Notes: generated by a model not told the origin, from the letters alone. DNA of 60,427 nucleotides from Octopus bimaculoides (GCF_001194135.2 NC_068981.1:140881915-140942341); one strand, 5' to 3'. Shown: positions 28,020 to 41,852, counted from the first letter of the stretch. Translations and numbers: made by a program.

Positions 28020-28482
28020 TTCAGCTATATGGGGCAACACTGCTCAAGAGAAAAAATGCAGTTGCTACGGCAGTGCTTTGGAGAGAGAGTAATCTCCCGC
28101 TAAGACAATGTCAATTGGCCTTCACGTTCTTGCGACTTGACTAGCCCGAATTTTTTATTGCGATTCCTAAAAGAGAGGATTTACGTCAACAAACCGGAGA
28201 CTCCGATGCAACTGAAGGAGAACATCAATAGAGAAATCAGGGAAGTGAGGTCTGAAACTTTTGAGGGCATTACGGTACAAGTTTTGGAAAGAGCACGGAA
28301 TTGCGAACCCGAAAAAGGATGCCATTAAAGGGATGTCATTTTTTCATATGCGATGTAGTAGTGTTGCAAACTTTGAGTCGTACATATGAATTTTCACTGT
28401 GTCCTTGATATTGCATCAACATTGGTTAAGTTAAGGAAGTTATCAAAAATTGAATCCCTTCAGTTACTTTTGGCACACACTG
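28020..28482 (+). mobile_element. rosa (DD41D-like) Tc1/mariner relic, 3' half with terminus
   Basis: LLRQCFGERVISR*DNVNWPSRSCDLTSPNF..FLKERIYVNKPET..LKENINREI. The right end reads TTACTTTTGGCACACACTG. D-D spacing cannot be counted because of indels. Confidence 0.75.
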
Positions 28483-28799
28483 AAATTCAAATTAACATGT
28501 TTTGACTGTAAGCTCGTAATACACTTTCACACACTTAAGAATATTACTAGCAGACTCCTTCCACGCACGCAAACACACACATCAGATACACGCACATAAA
28601 CACACACGCACCCATACACACACGTCTAAAGATGTATATTTGTTACTAAGTAGACGTGTGTGTATGTTTAGTTGCATGCGTGTGTATATATATAATCAGC
28701 TTGGGCGGATTATTTGAGGATACTGAATTATCAGTGTATTAATCTTTTCAATCAATTAAGTGTTTTCTAGTTCCACCGCGCCATGCATATATAATCATA

Positions 28800-29760
28800 C
28801 AAGAAGCTAAAAGATTTGGAGTCATTGTTACTATGTATGCTGAAAACAATGATGCGGAAATTGCCAATTTTCTAAGATCTTTCGTGCACAAATTCCTGAT
28901 GTTCTGACACTATTAGGTGACCGCAGTTAATGCATCATATTCAAAACTTTTGAATATGAACCAAGAACTGCAACAAGGTCCACCACCAAAGATCTTCAGT
29001 TGTCAGCGTAGACTGTCAAAAGTGTAGTGCAGGAAGAAGTTCGCTAAAACCATATATTTTGCGGATAAATTAATTCATATTTGCAAAAAAATATAAACGC
29101 TGAAAAAGCATTTGATCCGTGCCAACCAGTTCTTTAACGAATCTAAAAACACTCGCAAATATGACATGCTTTGGCTTTTCTATGTAGAGAGAAAATTTTC
29201 CCAAGAATTATATAAAGACTATGTGGTTAAAAGGCAAATGGTTCTTTGCTTGTCTTTTTAATAATCCAAGATTCATTCGTACTGAGTTTGCAGCAACTGT
29301 GATGTGGGGTGATGACTAATGACGGCCATGTCACATCTTTCCACAAGGATCTTAGAATTTATGCCTTCGGATACGTTGTTATGCTGGAGACAATTGCTAC
29401 GCCGTGAAAGATGAAGTATGTAGCAAATAGATATGTGTGCTTCAACAAACGAGATACACTCACATAATGTCCGCGTATCACGAGAAAAGATCTCAGACAT
29501 TATTTATGATCTCGTATGAGTTGTAGCCTCCATAGTCTCCACATTTAAATCGCATGGATTACTACGTTTGGAGTACTGTTAAAAGGGAGAGTTATTGACT
29601 CCCTCACAATACAATAGCTTCACTGAAGGTCACCATTGTAAAGATGATGTTCGAAATATATAAGGGCTATTTAATAACGGCATAACAAAAGATTCCAGTC
29701 CGGTATTAAAGCTCAAGTTGGATACATAGAATAATTTGATAACAAAGTTCACCGAAAACG
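28800..29760 (+). mobile_element. Second maT/mariner-like relic, heavily degenerate
   Basis: *PP*SPHLNRMDYYVWSTVKRE at about 29521-29590 matches WPPxSPDLNPxDYYVW. Confidence 0.7.
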
Positions 29761-30696
29761 ATGAAACAAGCTATTACCTATTTATAAAATACATTTGGCT
29801 TTTGGTAGACTTCTTCTATTCAATTACCAAATGTCTTCACATACCAGTGTGATAGTGTGTGTGTGTGTGTGCGTGCGTGTGTGTGTGTGTGGATGCCTGT
29901 GTGTGTATAAAGCATTGCGTGGTGTAACTAAGAAAGAGAAAGCGAAAGTTAAACCAACTCGGTAAGTGACATGACAATAAAATTGAAGCTAAGAGACACA
30001 CTGTTTAAAAGTAAAATCGAACAGAAAAGACATTCATTCAGATATTGTAAAATTTTTTATCTGAACCGGTTTAGCTTCTATGCCAACACGCCTACGATCT
30101 TGACATAGACATGGTTTCAGTAATGGTTGTCAAGTTGTATGCAACTCTAATTAGGCCATACTAATTAGAAACAATTCAAGTATTTTCCGTACCTGCGGAT
30201 ATAATTAACATATTGTTAATCACTGAACATTGCTTTACTCTCGGAATATATGGAATTTTTGTTACAGTTCATTCGTCGGCATTAATGTTACGTTAAATTA
30301 AATAGCAGTGATAGTTTATACTTTTAAATTGCTATTAGAATTATCTAACTTCCGTTGTTACTACTGTTTATGTTTAAGTAATATTTAAACAAATTATAAG
30401 CTGACTTGTCTTTTATTGAAAATTTATTAATTATTTCTGGTAATTATCTTCTCTCCGCATTGAGAAAAACCTTCCTACCATATTTTGGTCTTAGTCTACC
30501 ATTTACGTTGAGAAGTATATTTTAGTAAATTGAACGTTTATCGTGTGCGACCCTCAGTCTAACCTCTGGCGATTACAGGCATATTGTTCACACGCATACA
30601 AGGTGTATGTGTGTATGTATGTATATTGCAGGGAAGTATTTGTGTGTATACACACACATACATACATATATATAATTACATACATATACACATACA

Positions 30697-30738
<42 letters not shown>

Positions 30739-30744
30739 CACATT

Positions 30745-30789
<45 letters not shown>

Positions 30790-31424
30790 NNNNNNNNNNN
30801 NNNNNNNNNNNNNNNNNNNNNNNNNNNNNNNNNNNNNNNNNNNNNNNNNNNNNNNNNNNNNNNNNNNNNNNNNNNNNNNNNNNNNNNNNNNNNNNNNNNN
30901 NNNGGTGTGGTTGTGTGTTTGCGTTTGTGTGTGTGTGTGTGTGTGTGTGCGTGTGTTTGAGTAAAACGGTGAGATACACAAAGAGAAAACATGAGATGTG
31001 CAGGATGATGCATTTACTACGTTTAGTGACAGACAGAGAATAAATGAACGCTACACACACAGTGTGAGAGAAATTAAATTAGGAGATGATGCCAGAGACG
31101 TTGGTTGTAGCTGAAAGAATATCCACAATATTTAATATTTATTGTCATGAATATTTTCTTTAGATACTTTTCAAGTATGCTCTTCTTTAGCAGAATAAAT
31201 TTTTTTGTATCAATTAGTAGGGCATCAACCAAATTGATAATTTATGAGTGAGTGTTTGAGATAAATGTATCATACAATTGCTACAATACTATTTTTAACC
31301 CGTTGGATCTAAGTGTAATATGAAGAAGTAGAGTGCACATAAAATAATCATAATATAAACTTAATCAAATTCCGGCTGTGGCAAAAATATACTTCCCAAA
31401 ATCCCCGTTACATGCCGCGTAACG

Positions 31425-31545
<121 letters not shown>

Positions 31546-31569
31546 ATATGTACATATGTGTCTGTATTG

Positions 31570-31680
31570 TACTTCTAAACAACATGGTCTCGGGTTCAGT
31601 CCCACTGTCTGACACCTTGAAAAATATCTTCTACTATAACCTCATGCCGACCGAAGCATTGTTTGCGGATTTGATAACTT
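31570..31680 (+). mobile_element. SINE family 2 head fragment
   Basis: CATGGTCTCGGGTTCAGTCCCACTGTCTGACACCTTG...TCTTCTACTATA aligns to the copy at 48743. Confidence 0.75.
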
Positions 31681-32821
31681 GAAAAAAAAAAAGCATTTTG
31701 TGTGTGTGTATATATAAATATAAATGTGTGTGTGTATATATAAATATAAATGTGTGTGTATATATATACATATGTAATTATCCATATGTATGTGTGATTG
31801 ATAGGTGGTTGTACCCGTGCGTGTGCATGTGTGTGTGATTTCATTCAAGTGATTCTCGCGTTTCTTATCTCATAATGTGTCCCCGTGATTCAGTAAATAT
31901 ACATATTTATACAAAATAACAAATCTATAAATAATGACATTTACATGTCATCTCCATTTACAGTAAAATGTCATTCTTATATCAGTTAATTATCACGAAA
32001 TTCAATGAAACGTTATTAATGTTGTAGCAATTTCTAAAGAATGAACTTATGCAGATTTGTTAGTAATTGATCATCAAATATTAATGACTTTAATAGATAC
32101 AGTTTATACGATGAAGGTTGTGTAAAGAAGCGAAAATAACTTAAGTGCAACATAAAAAATATATAGCGTACAAAAATTTCAAAGCATAATCTGTATACAA
32201 AACTGTTGTAGTGCAGACTTCTATTGTTATTTGTAATGTTATCGAATATCGATTCATCCCACACAACGGATAATGTAAAACAGATCAGGGAAATTTTGCG
32301 TATAATTTGATTCGGTCGCTGGCCTTATTTCCCTTGCAGAAGAACCAATGTTCTAGCCATGGTAATCATTTTCTATAGAAAACAGCGCTGTTATATCGAT
32401 AAACTACTTAAATAAATTCTTCTCTCTATTCAGGTTGATTAACTTGGAGCTGAAAGTATATAATCCGAATTGATAAAGTGTCTTTTTCTTTGTCATTTCC
32501 ATATAACTTAGGGGCTACCTCTATTATTCGAATTAAATATGTAACTTGAATCTACTTTCTTTAAGACACCTAAATGAATTTTTAGGTTAAGTCTTGTGTG
32601 GATTTGTAGTCACTGTCATTCTCTGGGGTCTTTTACCATGTGATGAATATTACTGTGTGTGAAATATATATCTTCCGAACAACCTCCTAGACCTGGTCAT
32701 CTTGTTTTCCTTACTTCTTATATTAGTAGTAGTTTTCTTTGCATACTTAATCTTCAAATTTTGTGATTACAATAGCATGGTAATTGAAGGAAAAGTTACT
32801 ACAATATGATGTGGTCGCGAA

Positions 32822-33023
32822 GGCGCCGAGCTGGCAGGATCGTGAGCATGCCGGGTAAAATGCTTAGCGGCGTTTCGTCTGTCTTTATGTTCTGAGGTCA
32901 AATTTCGCAAAGTCGACTTTGCCTTTCATCCTTTCGAGGTCGATAAAATAAGAACCAGTTGAACTCTGGGGTCGATGTAATCGACTTCCCTAAAATCGCT
33001 ACCTTCTACATAAATTTGAAACT
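32822..33023 (+). mobile_element. SINE family 1, full length
   Basis: tRNA-like head GGCGCCGAGCTGGCAGGATCG, B-box-like GGTCAAATTTC, central CTTTCATCCTTTCGAGGTCGATAAAATAAG domain and tail AAATTTGAAAC. Confidence 0.9.
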
Positions 33024-33594
33024 GATATCATGTAGGCCGGCCTAGTGAGTAGCAGCTGATTTTCTAACCGGTTGTTGAAGGTATTTCCGAAAGAACAGCA
33101 TATTTCTACATCAAGTATATATATATATANNNNNNNNNNNNNNNNNNNNNNNNNNNNNNNNNNNNNTAAATCGGATTAATTATTAGATCTTTCCAGTTGA
33201 ATGTAACGTCTATATAAAATTGTCATTCGAGTCATATTTCATGATTTTGTACTTGTAATAAGACATTTCTTAAAGAACATCTTAATACCTATTCCCTGCG
33301 CCATTTACTAATTCGTATACATTCTAAAACCATGCAGTATATCCTAAATTTCCAACTAAGAATATCAGCGGAACAATTTTTATATCCATTAAAGTTCCTG
33401 GCAACACATGTAGGAAATAAACGTATTTTTGAACCAACCATAAGCTATGATAAAATTCTTACATGATAAATAATTCAGGTGTATACATCCTGAATATTTT
33501 AAAGAATCCTGGTTTACGTGCTTAAGAAAAATTTATACATAATATTTAAATCCAATATTTTATCTTGCGCATGCGAAAATAAAGTAGCAGAGAA

Positions 33595-33618
33595 TGTCGG
33601 CTCTTTTAGCCTCATCAG
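33595..33618 (-). ncRNA. Hammerhead-like core remnant
   Basis: CTGATGA-GGCT-AAAAG-AGCC-GACA has a perfect 4-bp stem II with GAAA>GACA. Stems I and III were not found. Confidence 0.25.
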
Positions 33619-34850
33619 AAAACTTTGAAAATGTGGAAGTAAATAAAAGTAAGACAATGAGGGCATTTTGTTGAAGCCAAATTACAATAATCGACCACAA
33701 TCAATGTATTTGATAAACTGAGCTATTTAATTGGTTTACGCAATATGAAGGAACCAGCACTTTTAACGAATTCAGTGCAGAGTTTTGTCTCATTGCTCAA
33801 ATGCAGCAAGTGCTCAAACATTGAAGATATGCATAAGTCTCTGTGTTGGTAGTAGTTTTAAATAATTAATTTCCCTCGATATTTTCCAAAAGCCTCAGGA
33901 TATATGTTCAATAAATTACAGGAATTGAGAACTTAATGCAGATAAAAATAAATATACTACGTTTGAAAATAAGATATGATCTTACGTCGTATCAGTGCTG
34001 CTCCATGGAAATTATTGTATGCGTCATTTGAAGTCGTCGGTATGAGAACATTATTCTGATAATATCATTTTGCCGATATAAATATTTCTGTTTCGGATCG
34101 TTCTACTCATGTGTGTATTTTGTCCTTTAGTATATCTCATTAGGAATATATTTGCATGAGTACGTTTTTTTCGTATTCTCTGTATGTAAGGTGTAATGTA
34201 ACGTGTTGCTTGGGTTGCTTTTTTGTGACAGCTACATATTCCTGTATCTAGTACTTAAAATCAAATGTTATCAGATGCTGGTGAGGCGTTCTATTCCACT
34301 TCGGAGTTGGATAAAACATGTGAAGTATAGATTGTACATTTTCTGTACTGGGGGATTTTTAAGACTCTGGGCAATGTACACATAAAAAAAGGAATAAGCA
34401 GGTTATTTCTATCCTGACTCCCCTCTAGCTTAGAGGTCGCACAATTTCTTCAGTTCCATTCACAAATTTAACGGAATAACAATGCATAATTAACTTAATG
34501 AAAGTAAAATGTAGATTATTATAATCAAGAGACAAACGCTCATATTTCAAGCATTCTTTATTTTATAAAAATTTAAATGCGTAAACAGATTTCAACACAG
34601 ATCAAAATCGAATGTAACACATGATAATACCATGATAATAGAGAATGAAAAAGGAATAGCAAGTCATTACAATATGCAAAAATCATACTCCTAACGTTGA
34701 TTTTATTTCAAGAAAAAATTATATATATATCACCAATTAACGATGAATGGATTATATTCACATTCTAATAAAAAAACAATAACATTTTGCTTTATATACC
34801 TATTTGTAACGATAGTAAATTTATAGCAAAATGCTTATGTTTGAGTGCTA

Positions 34851-35069
34851 ATATTCTTTTCTACTCTAGGAATAAAGCCCGAAATTTTTGGGGGAGGGGT
34901 CCAGTCGATTAGATCGACGCAAGTACGCAACTCGTACTTAATTTATCGACCCCAAAAGGATGAAAGGCAAAGTGGACCTCGGCGGGATTTGAACTCAGAA
35001 AGTAACGACAGACGAAATACCGCGAAACAATTCGCCCGGCATGCTAACGTTTCTGCCAGCTCGCCGCCT
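34851..35069 (-). mobile_element. SINE family 1, full length
   Basis: The reverse complement aligns end to end with 32822-33023 (roughly 75-80% by eye). Confidence 0.9.
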
Positions 35070-35115
35070 AAGAGTACCTATATTCTGATAATGAACACAC
35101 GTCAATGTTTGTGGT

Positions 35116-35278
35116 AAGGCTGAGTGCTTCCAGAGTTCTTAGCACGCGTGTGAAATATTTAGCGGCGTTTCGTCCATCTTCACTTTTTGAGTTCATATTC
35201 CACCGAGCGCTAGGGTCGATGTAATCGACTTAGCTCTTACCCCGAAAATGATGGCCTTGCGTTAAAAGTTTCAACCAA
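35116..35278 (+). mobile_element. SINE family 1 with internal deletion
   Basis: Head, TTGAGTTCATATTCCACCGAG, then a jump to GGGTCGATGTAATCGACTT and the tail. Confidence 0.8.
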
Positions 35279-37663
35279 TATGAAAGTGTATGGTTGATTG
35301 CACGGCTATATATGTGGGATATACTTCCTGGCTACGACTTCGGTGTGAACTGATTCTCTGAGCAGTGAGGCATGTATTTTTCTGCTGTCATCTACTTTGT
35401 TCAAATTATATCAAATCTAAATCGATATCTAACCTTTATCTCGTTTAAAGTTTCTTTGTTTCAGACACATTCACCTTAGTTACATCTAAGGAGCGCAACA
35501 CCAAGGCATATCTTAAATCTCTCTGGTTACAAAATCACCCAGCATTTACTAAGATGTGACACATTTTTGGCCAGTACACAGATCCTAATAGATATTTCTA
35601 TTTTCCCTGAACATGGCACACGCATGGTTGACAATCTAACTGTTCTGTTATAAGGAAGCATAGTTTATAAATCATGAAATACTAATATAAATATGGGATA
35701 AACAGCATGAGTTTGAAACTGCATTTCAAAAATTCAAAAGATTCGGCCCTATCTTTCATGGAGAACTTATAGAAAATAATTTGAGAATACAGTGGAAGCT
35801 TATTCAGGAGAGTGGGATATCCTGTGAATACAAGTGAAAATAGTTTTTAATATGCATATTAAATATTATGTAAATATTGGTTATTTTATCACCCATTTTC
35901 CTAATTGCACACGAATATGTATACGTTAAAAGTTGTGAAAATTTTGTACTTTAAGTATTTTGAATTCTTCCAAGTGTAAGTTTTATAAAATCATTCGCGA
36001 TTAACTATGTTTATAACATAACTGTTTTATATCAGAAGTCTTTACATGCATTTGATAATAGTTTATGAAGAAGTCTACCATCCAGTTTTCGCTTACCATT
36101 CCAAGCAACAGATATCCGAAACCAATAATATTTGTTCCCTACGAAAATTTACACTGCATGTGGGAGCTGTTATTTTAAGTAACTCTGGCCTTTTTGCTTT
36201 CAGAAATTTACAAACCAACCCATCTTAAATGAAACAAATCCCACACATCCGAGAGCCCACAGGATGTGTGGGATGAAAAAGGGTATATGCAGCAAAATAG
36301 ATTTTATTTTAACTATAATTACACAAACATAAAATATTGGTATTGTTAAACAAAAAAAGCTAATAAATAAAGCATAAATTTAATGTGTTGAGTGCAAACA
36401 ATCACCCTTCAACACGAGCCCTCTCACCATCAAACATAAAAACAAATACGCCATTTTGTATTGTTACGCATACAAATAAATAAGTAAATAAATATGAACG
36501 AACTTGCGGAACGAAGAATTTGTGGCAATGTAATAATGTAAAATGATTTTCTCCTACGACATATCAACAAACAGTATTTAATACTACCTAAGAGACGAGA
36601 TGAAAACACAGTAGTCTGGTTCAAGGGTGTCGCTATGATATTAATCCTGGGTTATTCATCCCTATTTTGGAACAATAAAGATAAGAAGCAAGTACTGATG
36701 TCACACGGTAAGTTAGGTAATCGGGTGAGGTCCCAACGGACATAGAGTCGATTGTGATACAGAAAACCATATCAGAATTGTTCAAGTCTATGTTTGTATA
36801 CAGATTATAGATGTTATACATGCCAGTACGCACACACATATATACACACGTACACACACACACACACACATACACACACACACACACACACACNNNNNNN
36901 NNNTATATATATATATATATATATATTTACACATACACACGCATGTATATTTGTGATTTAAGGAATGCATACACATTTAGTCTTGTATTATATTTTGATG
37001 TTGTTTTGGTGTTTACAGATGTGTACTTATTTTCTATTCCTAACGGGAGAGGATTGACAACAGATTACATAAAACATAAAAATCATTATTCAGAGTAAAA
37101 ATAAACTAATCTGTACAATAATAATGTAAGAAGTTCGGAGCAAGTAATTTAATAATTAAATACGGAAGAATAAAACAAAAACGTCAATGATTAATCATCG
37201 AATTCGATGCAATAAAGACTAATTAAAATTAGTTTTCAATCAGAGGCAATCTAAAAATGATCAAAAGTAGATAGAAAAGAATTAAAAGGCAAAACGACTA
37301 ATTGAAAATATTAATTGGTTTAGGAATCCGTGACAATTAAAAATATTTTTTAGTCTTAGGTGACAAGAAAACATAGACACAAATTAGGCATCAGTTTGGT
37401 CGCCACCTGTTAGTAAATCCCAGTAAAATGTTACACTTCCAGTCCAGCAAAGTTAATTGTTAATCAAATATAGCTATCACTGAATTAAAATTTCAAACTA
37501 ATATATAAATACTTCATTTCTCATTCATTCGAACGGCATCAAAACCTTCGGTCTGCTGCATCACGAAGTCATCTTGGGCTCTTTTTTTCCCCCACAAAAT
37601 TTCAACTCTGAATTCATCGCTATGTTTCAATTTGAATAATGTCTTAAGGCGGTGCGCCAGTAT

Positions 37664-37705
37664 GACCACAGTCAAATTACTGAAACACGCAAAAGAGTAT
37701 AAGTG
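37664..37705 (+). mobile_element. Isolated SINE2/CR1 3' tail
   Basis: AAGGCGGTGCGCCAGTATGACCACAGTCAAATTACTGAAAC. Confidence 0.7.
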
Positions 37706-37769
37706 TAAAGAGTAAGAGTATGTAATACATTTATAAATCTCTCAAAGAAATTTTACAGTAGTAACACTA

Positions 37770-37980
37770 TAAAGTGGTGGTATGTTGTCAACTTAATGTA
37801 ATAGTCCCATGAAAGAGAATAATACTATTGCTATTTAGCTCTTGGAAGCACCGCTTCCTGTCGGCCTTGTCACATTTCCTGTGTCCTTATGTTTACAAAA
37901 GGGGAAATAAGGGCTAAAAAGCAGTAGTATCATTCTCTTTCATGGGACTCACATTAAGTTTATAACATACCACCACCTTA
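37770..37980. mobile_element. MITE with ~72-bp terminal inverted repeats and TA ends
   Basis: 37770-37843 is the inverted repeat of 37909-37980 (about 85% by eye; GTGGTGGTATGTT...AGTCCCATGAAAGAGAAT). The spacer is ~65 bp. Confidence 0.85.
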
Positions 37981-38159
37981 TATATATATATATNNNNNNN
38001 NNNNNNNNNNNNNNNNNNNNNNNNNNNNNNNNNNNNNNNNNNNNNNNNNNNNNNNNNNNNNNNNNNNNNNNNNNNNNNNNNNNNNNNNNNNNNNNNNNNN
38101 NNNNNNNNNNNNNNNNNNNNNNNNNNNNNNNNNNNNNNNNNNNNNNNNNNNNNNNNNNA

Positions 38160-38177
38160 TATAATGCCCTTATATAG

Positions 38178-38255
<78 letters not shown>

Positions 38256-38340
38256 TGTGTGTGTGTGAGTGTGTGTGTGTGTATACATACATATATATAT
38301 ATATATGTGTGTGTGTGCGTGTGCGCGCGCGTTTGTATGT
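38160..38340. repeat. Compound (AT)n/(GT)n microsatellite
   Basis: Directly visible. Confidence 0.95.
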
Positions 38341-38825
38341 TTGTGTATACGTGTGTGCGAACTTATGTACGGAAAGAAATAAGCATATACTTGTTAGGTG
38401 TGTCGTTCTTTCTCGCACTCTCCCACTATCTGTCTCCGTCTCACTCCATTTATCTCTCTCTCACACTCTGTCCTTTACGTAAGGTATTTGCAGACAATAA
38501 ATTTGCTCTTAGAACTTATTGTCAGCTTTTTACATTCATTATCATAACTATAAAGTGGATATAAAATACGACTGATTTAGTTTCATTTCCCTTCCGTTGT
38601 AACTAAATTGTTTTCATACACTGTTATGTGTGCTACATTCAGCATATCACATTGATAGTGCTTTTGTCTTTACAAAGACATTAAGATAAAGATTAATATC
38701 TATGTTTGTATATAAGATTTCATGGAACAACTAACATATTTCATATCTATTTACACTCTTTTAATCTGTTTATTTTAAGTGTGCATCAATCGAGTTCTGT
38801 ATGTGTGTGTGTGCCTGTGTATGTG

Positions 38826-38867
<42 letters not shown>

Positions 38868-40264
38868 TGTGTGTGTATGCGTGTGTGAGTGTGTGTGTGT
38901 TTGAGTGTTAGTGTGAAATCCATTTAGAAAATGATTTATTACATAGCAACTAATGCTCTGATTTACATGGGTGGAAATATGACAGTTTTTGAAGTTCACA
39001 ATTTTCTTACTACCTACTTTGCAAGGAATATGAAAATGTCTCAATGAGTAATTTAAACACGTTGAGTTATATGCAAGGCCTCAATTACTCTTTTTATTAT
39101 TAAATTAAGACAAACTTCCTCTTATATATTTTGCAGTAGTATTTGGCGTAAATACCTATTGCGCACAGGCGCAATGTCTTTTATTGTATAATTTGAAAAA
39201 TGGTCCAAATAAATTGAAAAACACTTCTTTGTTTCTTGTGTGTGTGAACACAACACTCGCTTAGTTCCATTTCAGTATGTTTGGTTTTTGTCAATAAGAA
39301 AGAAAAGAAATCCGAAACTGTAAAGAGATAAACTAGAAATATAGCAAGGTAACTACGTATTTGAATGCGTTTGTTACATTAACTATTCAATTATTTTCCC
39401 ACCATTTATGATTAAATAAATATTAGCAATACGAACAACAATAAAACCCAAAGCAATAAGGTATGTGCACCTAAATTATTAAGTTAAATTTTTCAATAAT
39501 ACACTAATGTTTACGCTATCTAATACTCAATACAATAAGCAGATAAGACCTGAATGTAAACATCTGAGATAATTTATCTTCGAAAGATCATATCAAATAA
39601 GGAAGTATTTGATACAATATAATGACAATTTTTCTAACAAATTGATTCACTTTATATGAACTCCTTGTAAATACATGGATTAGCGTTCAACGTTTCCCTT
39701 ATTCGATTTCTGTGTAAATATTTTTCATTAACGTAATTTTCCTGCATTTATATTTCTTTCTGATTTCCTGCTCTTATACATGTTTTGAAACGCTGTTTGT
39801 AATTATATAAATTAAACGGTTGGATTGTTCTGAATGAAGAACATGTGTCCACAGACGGCAGGGAGTATGCGAGGCCTGTGAGATGCAAGTGGTAATTGAT
39901 TACCTTGATGTAGCGCGAGATTCCTGCATTTGGTAGAAATATTAACTAAAAAGATAGAAAATAACATATACTTCTACACTGAGTGACGGAAATTCCTGTT
40001 TTGCATTGATAATTTTCTGTTGACGCAGAATTAGATACAGTATCAGAAAAATAATGAGAGACATATCTGAAATGGCTTCTTACGATAATTATAACAAAGG
40101 ACAAATAATAAGAGGTAAGTTTCATGAGACGAGCAGAAGAATATAGCTTGCTGAGACTCTATATCAAACTAGATGGGAAATAATTAAAATATTTTGTCAC
40201 CAAGCTCCCTCTCCTATCCAATTAATATTTCCTTGTCTTACAGATGCATATGTGTGTGTGCATA

Positions 40265-40284
40265 AACAAAGAGAGAGAGAGAGA

Positions 40285-40332
<48 letters not shown>

Positions 40333-40378
40333 CAGTGTGTGAGAGAGAGAGAGAAAGAGAGGGAAAGAGAGAGAGACA

Positions 40379-40418
<40 letters not shown>

Positions 40419-40420
40419 GC
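40265..40420. repeat. (GA)n/(GT)n microsatellite
   Basis: Directly visible. Confidence 0.95.
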
Positions 40421-41747
40421 GAGGGGTGGGGAGAGAGTGTTATGCATATATACTGTATGTTTATTCTATTCCACCATTCATATTCTGCTCTTTTTCTGTA
40501 CTTTTCCGTTGTCATTTCTGAACCTCTTCATTCTACACCATTAATCATATTATATATATATAATGTTGCCACTCAGCTTCTAAATTTTTGTTCTCAGTAA
40601 CACTATACACTTCAATATTATTTCCCACCGCTATTCTTTGTCGTGGTATATCCCGTCTAATTTGGTACACTTAAACTTGAAGGTCTTACTTTATAGTTTT
40701 TTTCATTGTTCCAGAGGTTCTTATGATAGAAGACTTTAGTAGTAATCTTCTTAATCTCCTTCAGACTACCAGTTTTCATATTTTAAAATAATTTTATCCC
40801 TTAAATCTTTTACTTGACATAGGTTCAACTCGATGTATATCCATTCTCCTTTATTTCCTTTAAACTACCATTCTTTATTTGTTCTCTTCTCCGTCTTGTT
40901 TTTCAATGTTTTCGTCGTTCATCAAGTTCATAAAAAAAGGGGGAAAAAACACCTTAATTCTCAGAGTGATCATAACGTATTTCCGGGGAATATACATTTC
41001 TCCCTATCACAGTACTTTGATTACGAATTTTTTTGTTGATGTCTGTAAAATAAGCCTTTTTCTCTTCATTGGTGACACAAAGATCACTTTCTATTTAAGA
41101 CTGAATCCATGTTAGAACCTGTATGACTTCGAAATCCCTCGGTTTCAGCATTCATTTACTTACGTGACGTTATTTGATTTATGCTAATTTTATATTTGGC
41201 AAGCTGTTTTACACACATACACATCTTAGCTGTTTGATACTCCTGAATATAATACTAGCAGCACAAAATTATGATGAAATATGATACTAGTAGCGCCAGA
41301 TAACCGTCCAGGTTTAAGTCGTTTACATTGTTCATCTAGAATCTTAACGCATAGAGGTTAAATATCGATTATTTTTCGAATTTACATAATCTGAATTTTA
41401 CAGAGGATTGTAATTAGTCTAATGAAACGGTAACAACTTAATACTGAATAACTGATCAATTGGTAATATAATGCATTTATTGACTGATATCATTTGACTT
41501 TTTGTACAGAGGAAATGAACAGTAAAGAATTATTTTTTTCTTGTCCACTAACACCAAGTATCGCATAAAATAAAGGAACAGCGTTAAAAGTATGTTATGT
41601 TACCATGTTTAATTATAGTCAACAATGGTACGCGAGTTCAATAACGAGAAGGAAAAGAGAATAACACTATGTGTAAACAAATGTCCTCATTTCCAAACAA
41701 AATATACATTGGATACATTTTATGTCGGGACTCACTTAGTGATAGTA

Positions 41748-41809
41748 GAAGCAGCAGCAGCAGCAGCAGCAGCAGAAGCTGCGCAGCAGAAGCTGAGCAG
41801 CAGAAGCTG

Positions 41810-41844
<35 letters not shown>

Positions 41845-41852
41845 TAGTAGCA
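41748..41852. repeat. (GCA)n to (GTA)n array with three GCAGCAGAAGCTG units
   Basis: Directly visible. Confidence 0.95.

Noticed and set aside
32822-32900. tRNA genes at SINE heads
   Set aside because: Only A/B-box-like motifs fused to repeat bodies; no cloverleaf.
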